Origin: Marinicella sp.
GTDB lineage: Bacteria > Pseudomonadota > Gammaproteobacteria > Xanthomonadales > Marinicellaceae
Assembly (NCBI GenBank): GCA_965230295.1
Contig: OZ246001.1
Span: forward strand, 736,001-800,000
Reading direction: 5' to 3'
Length of the DNA: 64,000 nucleotides
Shown here: positions 10,245 through 19,116 of the stretch, in pieces
How the letters are laid out: the number at the start of each line of letters is the position of its first letter
How positions within the stretch are numbered: position 1 is the first letter of the stretch
Position numbers and translations under genes: made by a program
The notes under the pieces: model-generated
Database searches by the model: none
What the model saw: the letters and a program-made list of their open reading frames with translations, nothing else
Told to the model about the DNA's origin: nothing

Positions 10245-10552
10245 TTGAGATAGCCACTGACCAACACGGACATTTAAGCGACCGCAGACAATGGAATCGC
10301 GAAGTGGCTGTGCACTTGGCCCATTCAGATCAAATAGAACTCACAGAAGCTCATTGGGAACTGTTGACCTTGGTTCAGAAACTTTATGACATCACCGGCG
10401 ATACACCACCGATGCGGTTATTGATTAAATTTTTACGTCAAGAATTAAACCCTGAGATTGACTCCAGGTATTTGTATCGGCTGTATCCTGATGGCCCAGT
10501 TCGCTTGGCCAGTAAACATGCCGGCTTACCCAAACCCAAACATTGTATGTAA
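10241..10552 (+). CDS. tusE: Sulfur carrier TusE (DsrC family, single C-terminal Cys)
   Basis: ELTEAHW, YLYRLYPDGP, AGLPKPKHCM. Confidence 0.88.
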   Translation: MIEIATDQHGHLSDRRQWNREVAVHLAHSDQIELTEAHWELLTLVQKLYDITGDTPPMRLLIKFLRQELNPEIDSRYLYRLYPDGPVRLASKHAGLPKPKHCM

Positions 10553-10562
10553 CAAAAACACC

Positions 10563-10817
10563 ATGAACGAAATCACCATATACAGCACCTTGATTTGCCC
10601 TTATTGCAATGCAGCCAAACAGTTATTGAAAAGCAAGGGTTTAGAATATCAGGAAATACGGGTTGATCAGGATCGACAACAAAGGTTGGTCATGATGGAA
10701 AAATCTGGCCGAACCAGTGTGCCGCAAATTTTCATCAATGGAAAACATGTTGGTGGATTTGATGACTTGAATGCCATCAACCGTTCAGGTCAACTGGATC
10801 AAATGCTGGCAGGTTAA
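10563..10817 (+). CDS. grxC: Glutaredoxin 3
   Basis: CPYC, SVPQIFI, GGFDDL. Confidence 0.93.
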   Translation: MNEITIYSTLICPYCNAAKQLLKSKGLEYQEIRVDQDRQQRLVMMEKSGRTSVPQIFINGKHVGGFDDLNAINRSGQLDQMLAG

Positions 10818-11884
10818 GCTTCCTCTGATTTTGGGGCAATGATGGTCTTGGGCCATGATTCAATGATGGCGTTCACCAATGTAGCCAGCGGGATGGCAAA
10901 AAACACACCCCAAAATCCCCACACACCGCCGAAAAACAACACAGCCACAATGATGGCCACTGGATGCAAGTTATTCACCTCCGAGAATAACCAGGGAACC
11001 AGCACGTTGCCGTCCAGCATTTGTATGACACCATAGGAAATCATCACGTAGGCAAATGGCCCGGTCCAGCCGAATTGAAAAAATGCCACCAAGGCAATGG
11101 GGATGGTAACAGCCACTGCACCTATGAAGGGTACCAACACAGAGAATCCCGTTAAGGTGGCAAGTAAAATGGCATACTCCAAATCCAGGAATACAAATAC
11201 TATGTAACTGGTCAGACCAACCAACAGTATTTCGAAAGCCTTACCCCTGACATAGTTGCCAATCTGTACATCCACTTGATGCCAAACAGACAAAGTCAAT
11301 TTTGAATCTTTGGGCGCAAACTGACGCAACCATGTGACAATGACGGCTTTGTCCTTCAATAAGAAGAAAACCAGAATAGGCATCACCACCAAGAACACAG
11401 CAATCGAAAATGCGCTGAAGACAGAAGATACGGTTTTACCAATCATGGTCTGGCCCATAAGAGTCATTTCATTGGTGACACTGGCAATGATGGACTGCAC
11501 CTGATCCTCAGTCATCATGGCCGGGTATTTTTCTGGCAATGTCCTTAAGAAATCCAGCCCCGTTGAAATGTAGGCGGGTAATGCTTGGGCCAGTTGGCTG
11601 ACCTGACTGGTTAATTTGGGCACCAACCAAATGATCAACACAAACATCACGGCAATAAACACCAGAAACACCAACAAGACTGCCAAAATTCTGGGAATCT
11701 TTAGTTTTTCGATCCTGACTATGACACTTTCTAGTAGATATGCAACCACAATCGCGGTCAGAAATGGTGCCAAGACCTTGCCAAAGTAAATCACAAAAAC
11801 AAAGCCAAGAATCAATACTGAAATTAAGATGACTATTTGTGGATCGGAAAAATTTCTTTTAAACCAACTGGAAATGACGTTCAT
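10814..11884 (-). CDS. perM: AI-2E family transporter (PerM-like)
   Basis: Multi-TM protein with NYVRGK, DGNVLVP, LHPVAII, GFWGVFFAIP. Confidence 0.88.
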   Translation of the reverse strand: MNVISSWFKRNFSDPQIVILISVLILGFVFVIYFGKVLAPFLTAIVVAYLLESVIVRIEKLKIPRILAVLLVFLVFIAVMFVLIIWLVPKLTSQVSQLAQALPAYISTGLDFLRTLPEKYPAMMTEDQVQSIIASVTNEMTLMGQTMIGKTVSSVFSAFSIAVFLVVMPILVFFLLKDKAVIVTWLRQFAPKDSKLTLSVWHQVDVQIGNYVRGKAFEILLVGLTSYIVFVFLDLEYAILLATLTGFSVLVPFIGAVAVTIPIALVAFFQFGWTGPFAYVMISYGVIQMLDGNVLVPWLFSEVNNLHPVAIIVAVLFFGGVWGFWGVFFAIPLATLVNAIIESWPKTIIAPKSEEA

Positions 11885-11948
11885 ATAATTATTATACGCT
11901 GGTTAGGTGTTGTTTGACCACAGGTATATGGTCACGGTTTAGTCCTGA

Positions 11949-13169
11949 TCAGAAAGTGTACAACCAAGACAATACTGCTTCAGCATGTTTGCCTTTCAAT
12001 TCACTGCTTACACTGCCAAAATCAGTGCGTCCAAAGTTCAGTGGTTTTGGTGCATAACTGGCATACAAGTCCAATTCCCCACCCAACAATGGTGTATTCA
12101 ACCCCACCCTGACACTGTAAGAAGCTGAAATGGCTTCCAGGATGGTGGTCAAGTCGGCATCGGTTGCAGGAGGTTGTTGACGACCGGAATATTCCACATT
12201 GATGACAGCACCATTGTCAAATTGATGCGCCATATTAACGGCAAACACTGTTTGATCATCCCACTGAAAGTCCGGACTCTCTAAGTCATTCAAAAACGTC
12301 AGGAAGATATCAGGATAGGATCGACTGACAAAAGCATTGATGTCGCTGTAATAATTATGTGTTGCTTTAAAAGTGATTGAATCTTTGTGGGTCAAATTAA
12401 AACCGACCGCTAAATTGACTTGTTCCGGAATATCAAAGTCGGCAGGATCGGCTTGCACACCTAACAAACGGCTGAATCCATCCATATCAATTTTAGATTG
12501 GTACTTGGCATCAACAGTGAAACGATCAAAAACATTTTGAGAAATGCCCAGGTTCAAGCCCAAACCATTGCTGGTTTCAGTGTAACTGACAGAATACAAA
12601 TCAAGTTGATCAAAACCATTGATTTCAGACGCCAAGAAATTAATGTCGGAATAGTTTTGTTGTGCAAAGACCACAGCCAGGCTGAGCTCTGAATCATCAC
12701 TCACTCGATAGGCAACACCCGGGGCGAAAATACTGCGGCTGAATGATTCTTTGTCATTGATCAGTAACTGATCGAACTGGAACAGTGAGTCCTGAAAACT
12801 GACTGGTTGCAAGATGGATTGATCGTAGTCAAAAGTGAAGAAGTACGACTTTCCATCTGTTAGCTGGCTGATTTCATTGAAACGCTTGGCATTGAAATAC
12901 AGCTTGGCACCTTGCAAGCTCAAAGCATCAGCAAACTGGTCTGCTTGACTGAGTTGCAAATTGGAATAAAAATTTGGATAAATTCGATCAGCGATGCTGT
13001 TGCGCCAATGACCCAATTCCATGGTGCCATTCAAACGGGATACTGACTGATTTTGGCCAGTCACTGCTGTCAGATTAAACAACGACAAATCAGCAGCTGA
13101 TGCAGCAAAAGTTGCCGACAACTGAAGAACCATCATTATTAATGAGAATTGAGTGACTTTTTTAAACAT
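11949..13169 (-). CDS. Outer-membrane beta-barrel, FadL/OmpP1-like
   Basis: Signal peptide, YQSKIDM..DFDIP segment, C-terminal SWLYTF beta-signal. Confidence 0.65.
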   Translation of the reverse strand: MFKKVTQFSLIMMVLQLSATFAASAADLSLFNLTAVTGQNQSVSRLNGTMELGHWRNSIADRIYPNFYSNLQLSQADQFADALSLQGAKLYFNAKRFNEISQLTDGKSYFFTFDYDQSILQPVSFQDSLFQFDQLLINDKESFSRSIFAPGVAYRVSDDSELSLAVVFAQQNYSDINFLASEINGFDQLDLYSVSYTETSNGLGLNLGISQNVFDRFTVDAKYQSKIDMDGFSRLLGVQADPADFDIPEQVNLAVGFNLTHKDSITFKATHNYYSDINAFVSRSYPDIFLTFLNDLESPDFQWDDQTVFAVNMAHQFDNGAVINVEYSGRQQPPATDADLTTILEAISASYSVRVGLNTPLLGGELDLYASYAPKPLNFGRTDFGSVSSELKGKHAEAVLSWLYTF

Positions 13170-13300
13170 TTATTTATGTATTTCGCCTTGTGCGCAATCA
13201 TTGCAAAAAAACAACATAATGTCAATTTTTCGGCTTCAAAACTGCTAAAAAAGTCACATTTTTCGCCCATTTTGTTGCAAAAAGACAACAGGCACAGAAT

Positions 13301-14305
13301 TTATAGCCTAGAAATGACGGCATCAGTGAACTCAGCGGTATGTGCACTACCACCTAAATCACCGGTCAAACGGTCTTTTGCCAGCAAGGTGGATTTGATC
13401 GCTGCACGGATACTTTGTGCCTCTTTGACATGACCCAAATGTTCGATCATCATGGCTACTGCCAATATCAATGCCGTCGGGTTCGCAATCTTTTTACCAG
13501 CAATGTCTGGCGCTGATCCATGTACAGCCTCAAACATCGCCACATCGCGTCCAATATTGGCACCAGGTGCCATACCTAAGCCACCGACCAAACCGGCACA
13601 TAAATCAGAAATGATGTCACCAAATAAGTTGGTGGTTACGATCACATCAAACTGGCCAGGATTCATCACCAACTGCATGCAGGTGTTATCCACAATCAAG
13701 GTGTTGAAATCAATGTTCGGATATTCTTTGGCTATCTCTTGTGCCACTTCGAGAAACAGTCCAGAGGTGGTTTTCATGATATTGGCTTTGTGTACAGCTG
13801 TGACTTTCTTTCTCCCTGCTTTTTGGGCGATATCAAAAGCATAGCGCACAATGTTTTCAGAAGCCTCTCTGGTCACCACAATCTTCGATTCTGCCACTGT
13901 ACGATCTTCGTTGATCGTCTGTCCATCACTCAAATAGGCACCTTCGGTATTTTCCCTGATGGTCAATATGTCGATGTCATCATAGCGGGCTTTGGTGCCT
14001 TCAAAGGTGACCACCGGTCTGACATTGGCATACAGATTAAAATATCGACGCAAGGCCACGTTGATTGAACTGAATCCTTTACCCACCGGAGTTGTCAACG
14101 GGCCTTTCAAACAGATTTGATTGGCAGCTATGGCATCCAATGTATCTTTCGGTAACAATTCACCTGCTTGCTCCAGCGCCGCCAATCCAGCGTCTTTAAA
14201 TTCGTATTCAAAATCCAGATTAAGTTGGTCCAGTACCCGCAATGTGGCGTCCATAATTTCTGGCCCAATGCCATCACCTTTTATGATCGTAATTTTTTGG
14301 CTCAT
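13301..14305 (-). CDS. icd: Isocitrate dehydrogenase (short, IDH3/IPMDH-like type)
   Basis: GDGIGPEI, KGPLTTPVG..SINVALR, RENTEG, VHKANI, NLFGDIISD, EAVHGSAPDIAG. Confidence 0.92.
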   Translation of the reverse strand: MSQKITIIKGDGIGPEIMDATLRVLDQLNLDFEYEFKDAGLAALEQAGELLPKDTLDAIAANQICLKGPLTTPVGKGFSSINVALRRYFNLYANVRPVVTFEGTKARYDDIDILTIRENTEGAYLSDGQTINEDRTVAESKIVVTREASENIVRYAFDIAQKAGRKKVTAVHKANIMKTTSGLFLEVAQEIAKEYPNIDFNTLIVDNTCMQLVMNPGQFDVIVTTNLFGDIISDLCAGLVGGLGMAPGANIGRDVAMFEAVHGSAPDIAGKKIANPTALILAVAMMIEHLGHVKEAQSIRAAIKSTLLAKDRLTGDLGGSAHTAEFTDAVISRL

Positions 14306-14366
14306 CAATGTTCCTTGTTGTCTCATTATTTAATTTTACAAGGGCGGGATTATAACTTATTTCCCC

Positions 14367-14828
14367 TTATAATTCTTTGACTCTGGTCAAAACTTCAGCC
14401 ACGTGTCCAGGAACTTTGACTTTGCGCCATTCAGCCAATACTTCACCTGATGCATTGACGACAAAGGTGCTGCGTTCAATCCCCATGAAAGTTTTACCGT
14501 ACATTTTCTTTTCTTTAATGACATCGAACTCTTGACACAAGACTTCATCAACATCAGCCACCAACTCAAAAGGCATATCGAATTTATTTTTGAAATTCTG
14601 TTGCTTCTTCAGACTGTCCATAGACACCCCCAACACTTCACATCCAGCAGCCTTGAATGCTTGATATTCAGCTGAGAAATCCTGACTTTCAGTGCTACAT
14701 CCAGGGGTGTTGGCACGGGGGTAAAAATACAACACAACCAGCTTATTGACCAACCCGCTCAAGGCTGATGTGTCTCCACTGGTCAACTGTAATTCTTGTT
14801 GCCATACTTTATTATTAATTTTAACCAT
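14367..14828 (-). CDS. bcp: Peroxiredoxin Bcp/PrxQ
   Basis: YFYPRANTPGC, GIERSTF, WRKVKVPGH. Confidence 0.93.
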   Translation of the reverse strand: MVKINNKVWQQELQLTSGDTSALSGLVNKLVVLYFYPRANTPGCSTESQDFSAEYQAFKAAGCEVLGVSMDSLKKQQNFKNKFDMPFELVADVDEVLCQEFDVIKEKKMYGKTFMGIERSTFVVNASGEVLAEWRKVKVPGHVAEVLTRVKEL

Positions 14829-14895
14829 TGTTTAATACACCTGCTCTAAAAAAAGCATATAATTATGCGCTTTTGCAGAACATATACAAGTCTAA

Positions 14896-15798
14896 ATGAG
14901 GCAAATTCAAGCCAAAGATCTGACCGGAAGCATGGTGGCCTTAGTCACCCCCATGTCCAATGATGGCAACATCAATTTCGCACAATGGGATCAGCTGATT
15001 AATTGGCATATCACATGTGGCACTCAAGCCATCATCGTTGCAGGAACAACGGGCGAATCTGCACTGTTAAGCAGACAGGAAATTGATCAACTGATCAGAC
15101 ATGCGGTTAACCTATGCCAAGACTCAAATACTCGGGTGGTGGTCGGCACCGGGGCCATTGATCCTGACCAGGTCATCTCTGCCAATCATCAGGCTCATCA
15201 ATTGGGTGCCGATGCTGTGTTGATAGCAACACCTTATTACCTGACGTTAACCCAACAGGCCATGATCGATCATTTCTCAATGATTGCTGAGCAAACAGCC
15301 TTACCCATTATCCTGTATAATGTGCCCGGCAGAACAGGCAATGACATGCATGCCAATACCACAGCTGAATTAGCCAAACACCCCAACATCATAGGAATCA
15401 AAGAAGCCAAAGCCGATATGGAACGCATCAAAAAACTGGTTAAGATTAATCATTTCACCGTCCTTTCTGGAGACGACGGCAGTTTTGTTGAGGCCATGTC
15501 TTTGGGTGCTCATGGTGTAATCAGCGTGGCAGCCAACGCCAGACCCAGATCGATCAAAAACTTGTGTGATCATGTGCAGCTGGGTAACATTGCCGAAGCC
15601 AAACAACTCAACATGGAACTCAGTCCTTTTTATGATTTCTTATTTCATGAGCCTAACCCATGCCCTGTTAAAGCCATCATGCATGCCGCTGACATGATTG
15701 ATGACGGCATCAGAAAACCATTACAATTGACGGCCCTCAAAACTGCCGACACCAACAAACATTTAAAACAAATCCGCCAGGAGTTTAACCAAATATGA
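14896..15798 (+). CDS. dapA: 4-hydroxy-tetrahydrodipicolinate synthase
   Basis: ALVTP, GTTGE, PYY, LYNVPGRTG, GIKEA, SGDD, NP.PVK. Confidence 0.93.
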   Translation: MRQIQAKDLTGSMVALVTPMSNDGNINFAQWDQLINWHITCGTQAIIVAGTTGESALLSRQEIDQLIRHAVNLCQDSNTRVVVGTGAIDPDQVISANHQAHQLGADAVLIATPYYLTLTQQAMIDHFSMIAEQTALPIILYNVPGRTGNDMHANTTAELAKHPNIIGIKEAKADMERIKKLVKINHFTVLSGDDGSFVEAMSLGAHGVISVAANARPRSIKNLCDHVQLGNIAEAKQLNMELSPFYDFLFHEPNPCPVKAIMHAADMIDDGIRKPLQLTALKTADTNKHLKQIRQEFNQI

Positions 15799-16415
15799 GA
15801 CATTTGATAAAAACCACACTGTTGATCAGCTTGTGTTGCACACTGATTAATTGCAGCCGAATAGTCAAGGAAGAACCTTACTTAACGGCCAAAAGCACCA
15901 ATGGACTCGAATCCGTTCCAGGTAAGGACTTGCCTCGCACCAATAACAGCCTGGAAATTCCCACAGTTGAAGCGGAAGGAGAAAATGTAGCACCCGATTC
16001 AAGACCGCCAGATATGGCGTTTGCAAGGCGCCGCAGCAGCGATGAGAATGTGGTGATTATTGAATCAGGTGGCATGCCTACCATTGAAATATTCAATGAC
16101 CAAGATGCCTGGGAATTGATGTTAGGAGACCATGGATATAATTGGCTGTTACTGGAGGAGGACCCAGAAAACTGTCAAGCCACTTTCAGGTTTTACGACC
16201 CGATCACAGAAGAAATTGAAAGCAAAAATTTCTTCAAAAAGTTGTTCACCATCAACAGCAGTTATATTGACCGCTCGGGTGAATATGTCTTGACTTGTTT
16301 AAAGCTGCCACAAAAACAACAAATCTGGTTACAGACCATTGATTTCGAAGCACCTTCTTCATATGTCATTGATGATTTGTTCACCCACATTTTTGATGCA
16401 GCCACCAAAGAATAA
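15795..16415 (+). CDS. Lipoprotein, probable short BamC/NlpB-like
   Basis: Signal peptide ending in Cys (LINC); overlaps the dapA stop as in dapA-bamC; LESVPGKDLP..LEIP segment. Confidence 0.6.
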   Translation: MRHLIKTTLLISLCCTLINCSRIVKEEPYLTAKSTNGLESVPGKDLPRTNNSLEIPTVEAEGENVAPDSRPPDMAFARRRSSDENVVIIESGGMPTIEIFNDQDAWELMLGDHGYNWLLLEEDPENCQATFRFYDPITEEIESKNFFKKLFTINSSYIDRSGEYVLTCLKLPQKQQIWLQTIDFEAPSSYVIDDLFTHIFDAATKE

Positions 16416-16432
16416 CCAACCCGCTTTGCATT

Positions 16433-16460
16433 AAAAAAGGCGCCTTTCGGCGCCTTTTTT
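16433..16460. terminator. Bidirectional intrinsic terminator
   Basis: AAAAAAGGCGCC-TTTC-GGCGCCTTTTTT between convergent genes. Confidence 0.9.
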
Positions 16461-16476
16461 GTTCTTAAAATTAAAC

Positions 16477-16806
16477 TCAATCACCTTTGTCCAGCAGGTG
16501 GGCCTTGTCTTTAACTTGCGCCCAATCGTCGGCATCTTCCGGTGCATCCACCATGGCTGTGATGACTGGCCAAACTTCTGAAAGTTCTTTGTTGATCTCA
16601 ATGAATTTTTCTTGCCCGGCTGGCAAATCATCTTCTGGATAAATGGCTTCAATGGGGCATTCAGGCTCGCATAAAGTACAATCTATGCACTCTTCCGGGT
16701 CAATGACCAGAAAATTAGGTCCTTCATGAAAACAGTCCACAGGACAAACTTCCACGCAATCAGTGTATTTACACTTGATACAGGCCTCAGTAACCACAAA
16801 AGTCAT
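16477..16806 (-). CDS. fdxA: Ferredoxin FdxA (7Fe type)
   Basis: [38 protein letters not shown]. Confidence 0.96.
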   Translation of the reverse strand: MTFVVTEACIKCKYTDCVEVCPVDCFHEGPNFLVIDPEECIDCTLCEPECPIEAIYPEDDLPAGQEKFIEINKELSEVWPVITAMVDAPEDADDWAQVKDKAHLLDKGD

Positions 16807-16873
16807 TCAATTGCTCCTTGATTTGATATAATGCGCAATTATACAACAAGCCGATAAATCGCAGTCAAGAATC

Positions 16874-18130
16874 TTGCTAAACCAAAACCTCATTACATAT
16901 CACAAAGCGGAACATAGATTACCCAGTGGCGAGATCAGCCAAGCCGCTAAAAAAATCATCAACAAACTGGTCGACCATGGCTTTGAAGCCTACTTGGTAG
17001 GCGGTGCTGTTCGCGACTTATTGCTGGGACTGCACCCCAAAGATTTTGACATTGCTACCGACGCCACTCCTGAAGACATCAAATCCATATTCAAAGGAAA
17101 ATGTCGCATCATTGGCAGGCGCTTCAGACTGGCCCATGTCTACATGGGTAACAGCATTTATGAAGTGGCGACATTTCGTGGCAGCCATGCTGGTGATCGG
17201 GTGATGAAGAAAGGCCAAATCATCAGAGATAATGTGTTTGGCACAGTTGATCAGGATGCTTTGCGCAGGGATTTCAGCTGCAACGCCCTTTACTATGACA
17301 TCCAGGAGGAAACCATTCTAGACTTTGCTGCGGGTGTTTTGGATTTAAAGAAAGGTGAATTAAAACTCATAGGCAATCCCAACAAACGGTTCATTGAAGA
17401 CCCGGTCAGGATGCTCAGAGCGGTTCGGTTTCACGCCAAATTGGGCCTGACCCTCACCGACCAGATGAAACATGACATCATCAACAACCGACAACACCTG
17501 AGCAATGTACCAACCGCTCGACTGTTTGATGAAGCGATCAAAATGTTCCATTGTGGCAACATGGAAATTGCCTACTACAGCCTGGTTGAACTTAAACTGT
17601 TTGAAATCCTGTTTCCAAAGGCAGCCAAGATCGCCAAATCAGAAGCCCAGTGGCATGAGTTTTTAACGCTGGCTTTCCGTAACACCGACCACCGATTGAA
17701 AAACGGACAGTCCGTCACTCCGGTCTTTCTCAGTGCTTGTGTGATGTGGTTGGAATTTTTACCCATTTACCACAACATATTAAACGGCGGCAAAAACTCT
17801 CATGATGCTTTACATGAAGCCACCACTCAAGTGATGGTTAACCAAAGGAATAATCTGATGGTACCCAAAGCCATACAAAACGGCATCAGACAGATGTGGA
17901 TGTTACAACTGCGGTTCAAAAAGATGTTTGGCAAAGGTGTATACAGCACCCTCCACCACCCCAGGTTTCGTGCCGGTTATGATTTCCTGATACTCAGAAG
18001 TGAAGTCAATGAAGCATTGGCTCAGAAAGTGGAATTCTGGACCAACATTCAAAGCATGTCCCCGGAAGGCATCAAAAGTTTGATTTTTGGTAAAAAGGTC
18101 AAGCGCAAAAAAGTCAGTTATGACTTATAA
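16874..18130 (+). CDS. pcnB: Poly(A) polymerase I
   Basis: LVGGAVRD, KDFD, IGRRFRLAHV, RRDF, EDPVRMLRA, HPRFRAGYDFL; TTG start. Confidence 0.95.
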   Translation: MLNQNLITYHKAEHRLPSGEISQAAKKIINKLVDHGFEAYLVGGAVRDLLLGLHPKDFDIATDATPEDIKSIFKGKCRIIGRRFRLAHVYMGNSIYEVATFRGSHAGDRVMKKGQIIRDNVFGTVDQDALRRDFSCNALYYDIQEETILDFAAGVLDLKKGELKLIGNPNKRFIEDPVRMLRAVRFHAKLGLTLTDQMKHDIINNRQHLSNVPTARLFDEAIKMFHCGNMEIAYYSLVELKLFEILFPKAAKIAKSEAQWHEFLTLAFRNTDHRLKNGQSVTPVFLSACVMWLEFLPIYHNILNGGKNSHDALHEATTQVMVNQRNNLMVPKAIQNGIRQMWMLQLRFKKMFGKGVYSTLHHPRFRAGYDFLILRSEVNEALAQKVEFWTNIQSMSPEGIKSLIFGKKVKRKKVSYDL

Positions 18131-18281
18131 AGGAATGTTCTTGGGGCTTGACTGCAATTGTTCCAAACAATTGTCAGCATTTTCCACTTCCATGTGGGGC
18201 TATACGCCCCTGATTCGCCAGGCCCACCAACCGGGCCGGCGGATCAAACTGCACTGCAGCTTATCAAACACTGAAGCCTGA
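18120..18281 (+). pseudogene. Degenerate, internally deleted folK-like mini-ORF (53 aa)
   Basis: MTYKGMFLGLDCNCSKQL..SMWGYT resembles adjacent FolK (YLGLGSN..SKQI..KAWGVT); overlaps the pcnB stop. Confidence 0.45.
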
Positions 18282-18284
18282 ACC

Positions 18285-18800
18285 ATGCGCAAACACAATT
18301 GTTACTTAGGCCTGGGCAGTAACCTCAACAACCCGTCCAAACAGATTCACCGAGCCATCTATCACTTGTCGAGACTGCCCCTCACCAAGGTGGTCAAAAG
18401 TGCACCCTGGTATGTGTCGAAAGCATGGGGGGTCACCGACCAAGGTGATTTTGTCAACACCGCTGTACAAATCAAAACTGCTTTGACACCCATGGCGTTA
18501 CTGAAACACATCAAAATCATCGAGTATCGCCTGATGCAACGTCAACCCAATATAAAGTGGCATGCTCGCAACATAGACATCGATATACTTTTGTATGGAA
18601 AATCCACTTTCCGTCGACAACAGTTATCCATACCCCATCCTTTGATTGACCAGCGCTGTTTTGTGGTGGCGCCGTTGTTGCATTTATCACCTGAATTGCC
18701 AGCCAAGTTAAAACAACAGTTACAAAAACACCGAAATGAACATTGCTGCCTGAATAACATCAAACCATTGTCGCCACAAAAACCACACAAAACAGGTTAA
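18285..18800 (+). CDS. folK: 2-amino-4-hydroxy-6-hydroxymethyldihydropteridine diphosphokinase
   Basis: YLGLGSNL, Q.DFVN, RNIDIDIL, IPHP..R.FV..PL. Confidence 0.93.
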   Translation: MRKHNCYLGLGSNLNNPSKQIHRAIYHLSRLPLTKVVKSAPWYVSKAWGVTDQGDFVNTAVQIKTALTPMALLKHIKIIEYRLMQRQPNIKWHARNIDIDILLYGKSTFRRQQLSIPHPLIDQRCFVVAPLLHLSPELPAKLKQQLQKHRNEHCCLNNIKPLSPQKPHKTG

Positions 18801-18898
18801 ATTGCAGTTAAAACGTCACTCAAATGTTGTTTTTTTGCAACACGGTTGTAATATTTTCATTTTTTGTTGTATTTTTTTAACAAAAACACAAATTGATG

Positions 18899-18927
18899 TT
18901 GCTTTTAAACAAATGCTGATGTATTAT
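18899..18927 (+). promoter_or_regulatory. Sigma70-type promoter of candidate sRNA
   Basis: TTGCTT-N17-TATTAT. Confidence 0.6.
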
Positions 18928-18932
18928 TGTTA

Positions 18933-19028
18933 CCAGTTTTAGAGTAAATCATTCAAAACTCCAAGACAAGCAGGGCACAAAAGTAAAATATCGTATTTAA
19001 CCCATCCAATTTGGATGGGTTTTTTTTT
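18933..19028 (+). ncRNA. Candidate orphan small RNA (~95 nt)
   Basis: Promoter immediately upstream, 5' hairpin AGTTTT..AAAACT, strong terminator, no ATG-initiated ORF ahead of the terminator. Confidence 0.5.
18999..19028 (+). terminator. Intrinsic terminator
   Basis: AACCCATCCA-ATT-TGGATGGGTT followed by a T-run. Confidence 0.88.
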
Positions 19029-19116
19029 GCCTTTTCTCAGTGACTGGCGATAATCCTCTATGTATCGGTGCTGCCATAAGCTACAATAATCCGTTTGTTA
19101 TTCTGACCAAAACCCC

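Noticed and set aside
9347-10552. Dissimilatory dsrEFHC sulfur-oxidation cluster
   Set aside because: No dsrAB nearby and the DsrC-family protein has only the terminal Cys, matching TusE.
14828-14896. Absence of gcvR between bcp and dapA
   Set aside because: Real but a simple gene loss; no remnant is visible in the 67-bp gap.
18936-18944. GTTTTAGAG resembling the start of a Cas9-type repeat
   Set aside because: A single 9-mer with no array and no cas9.
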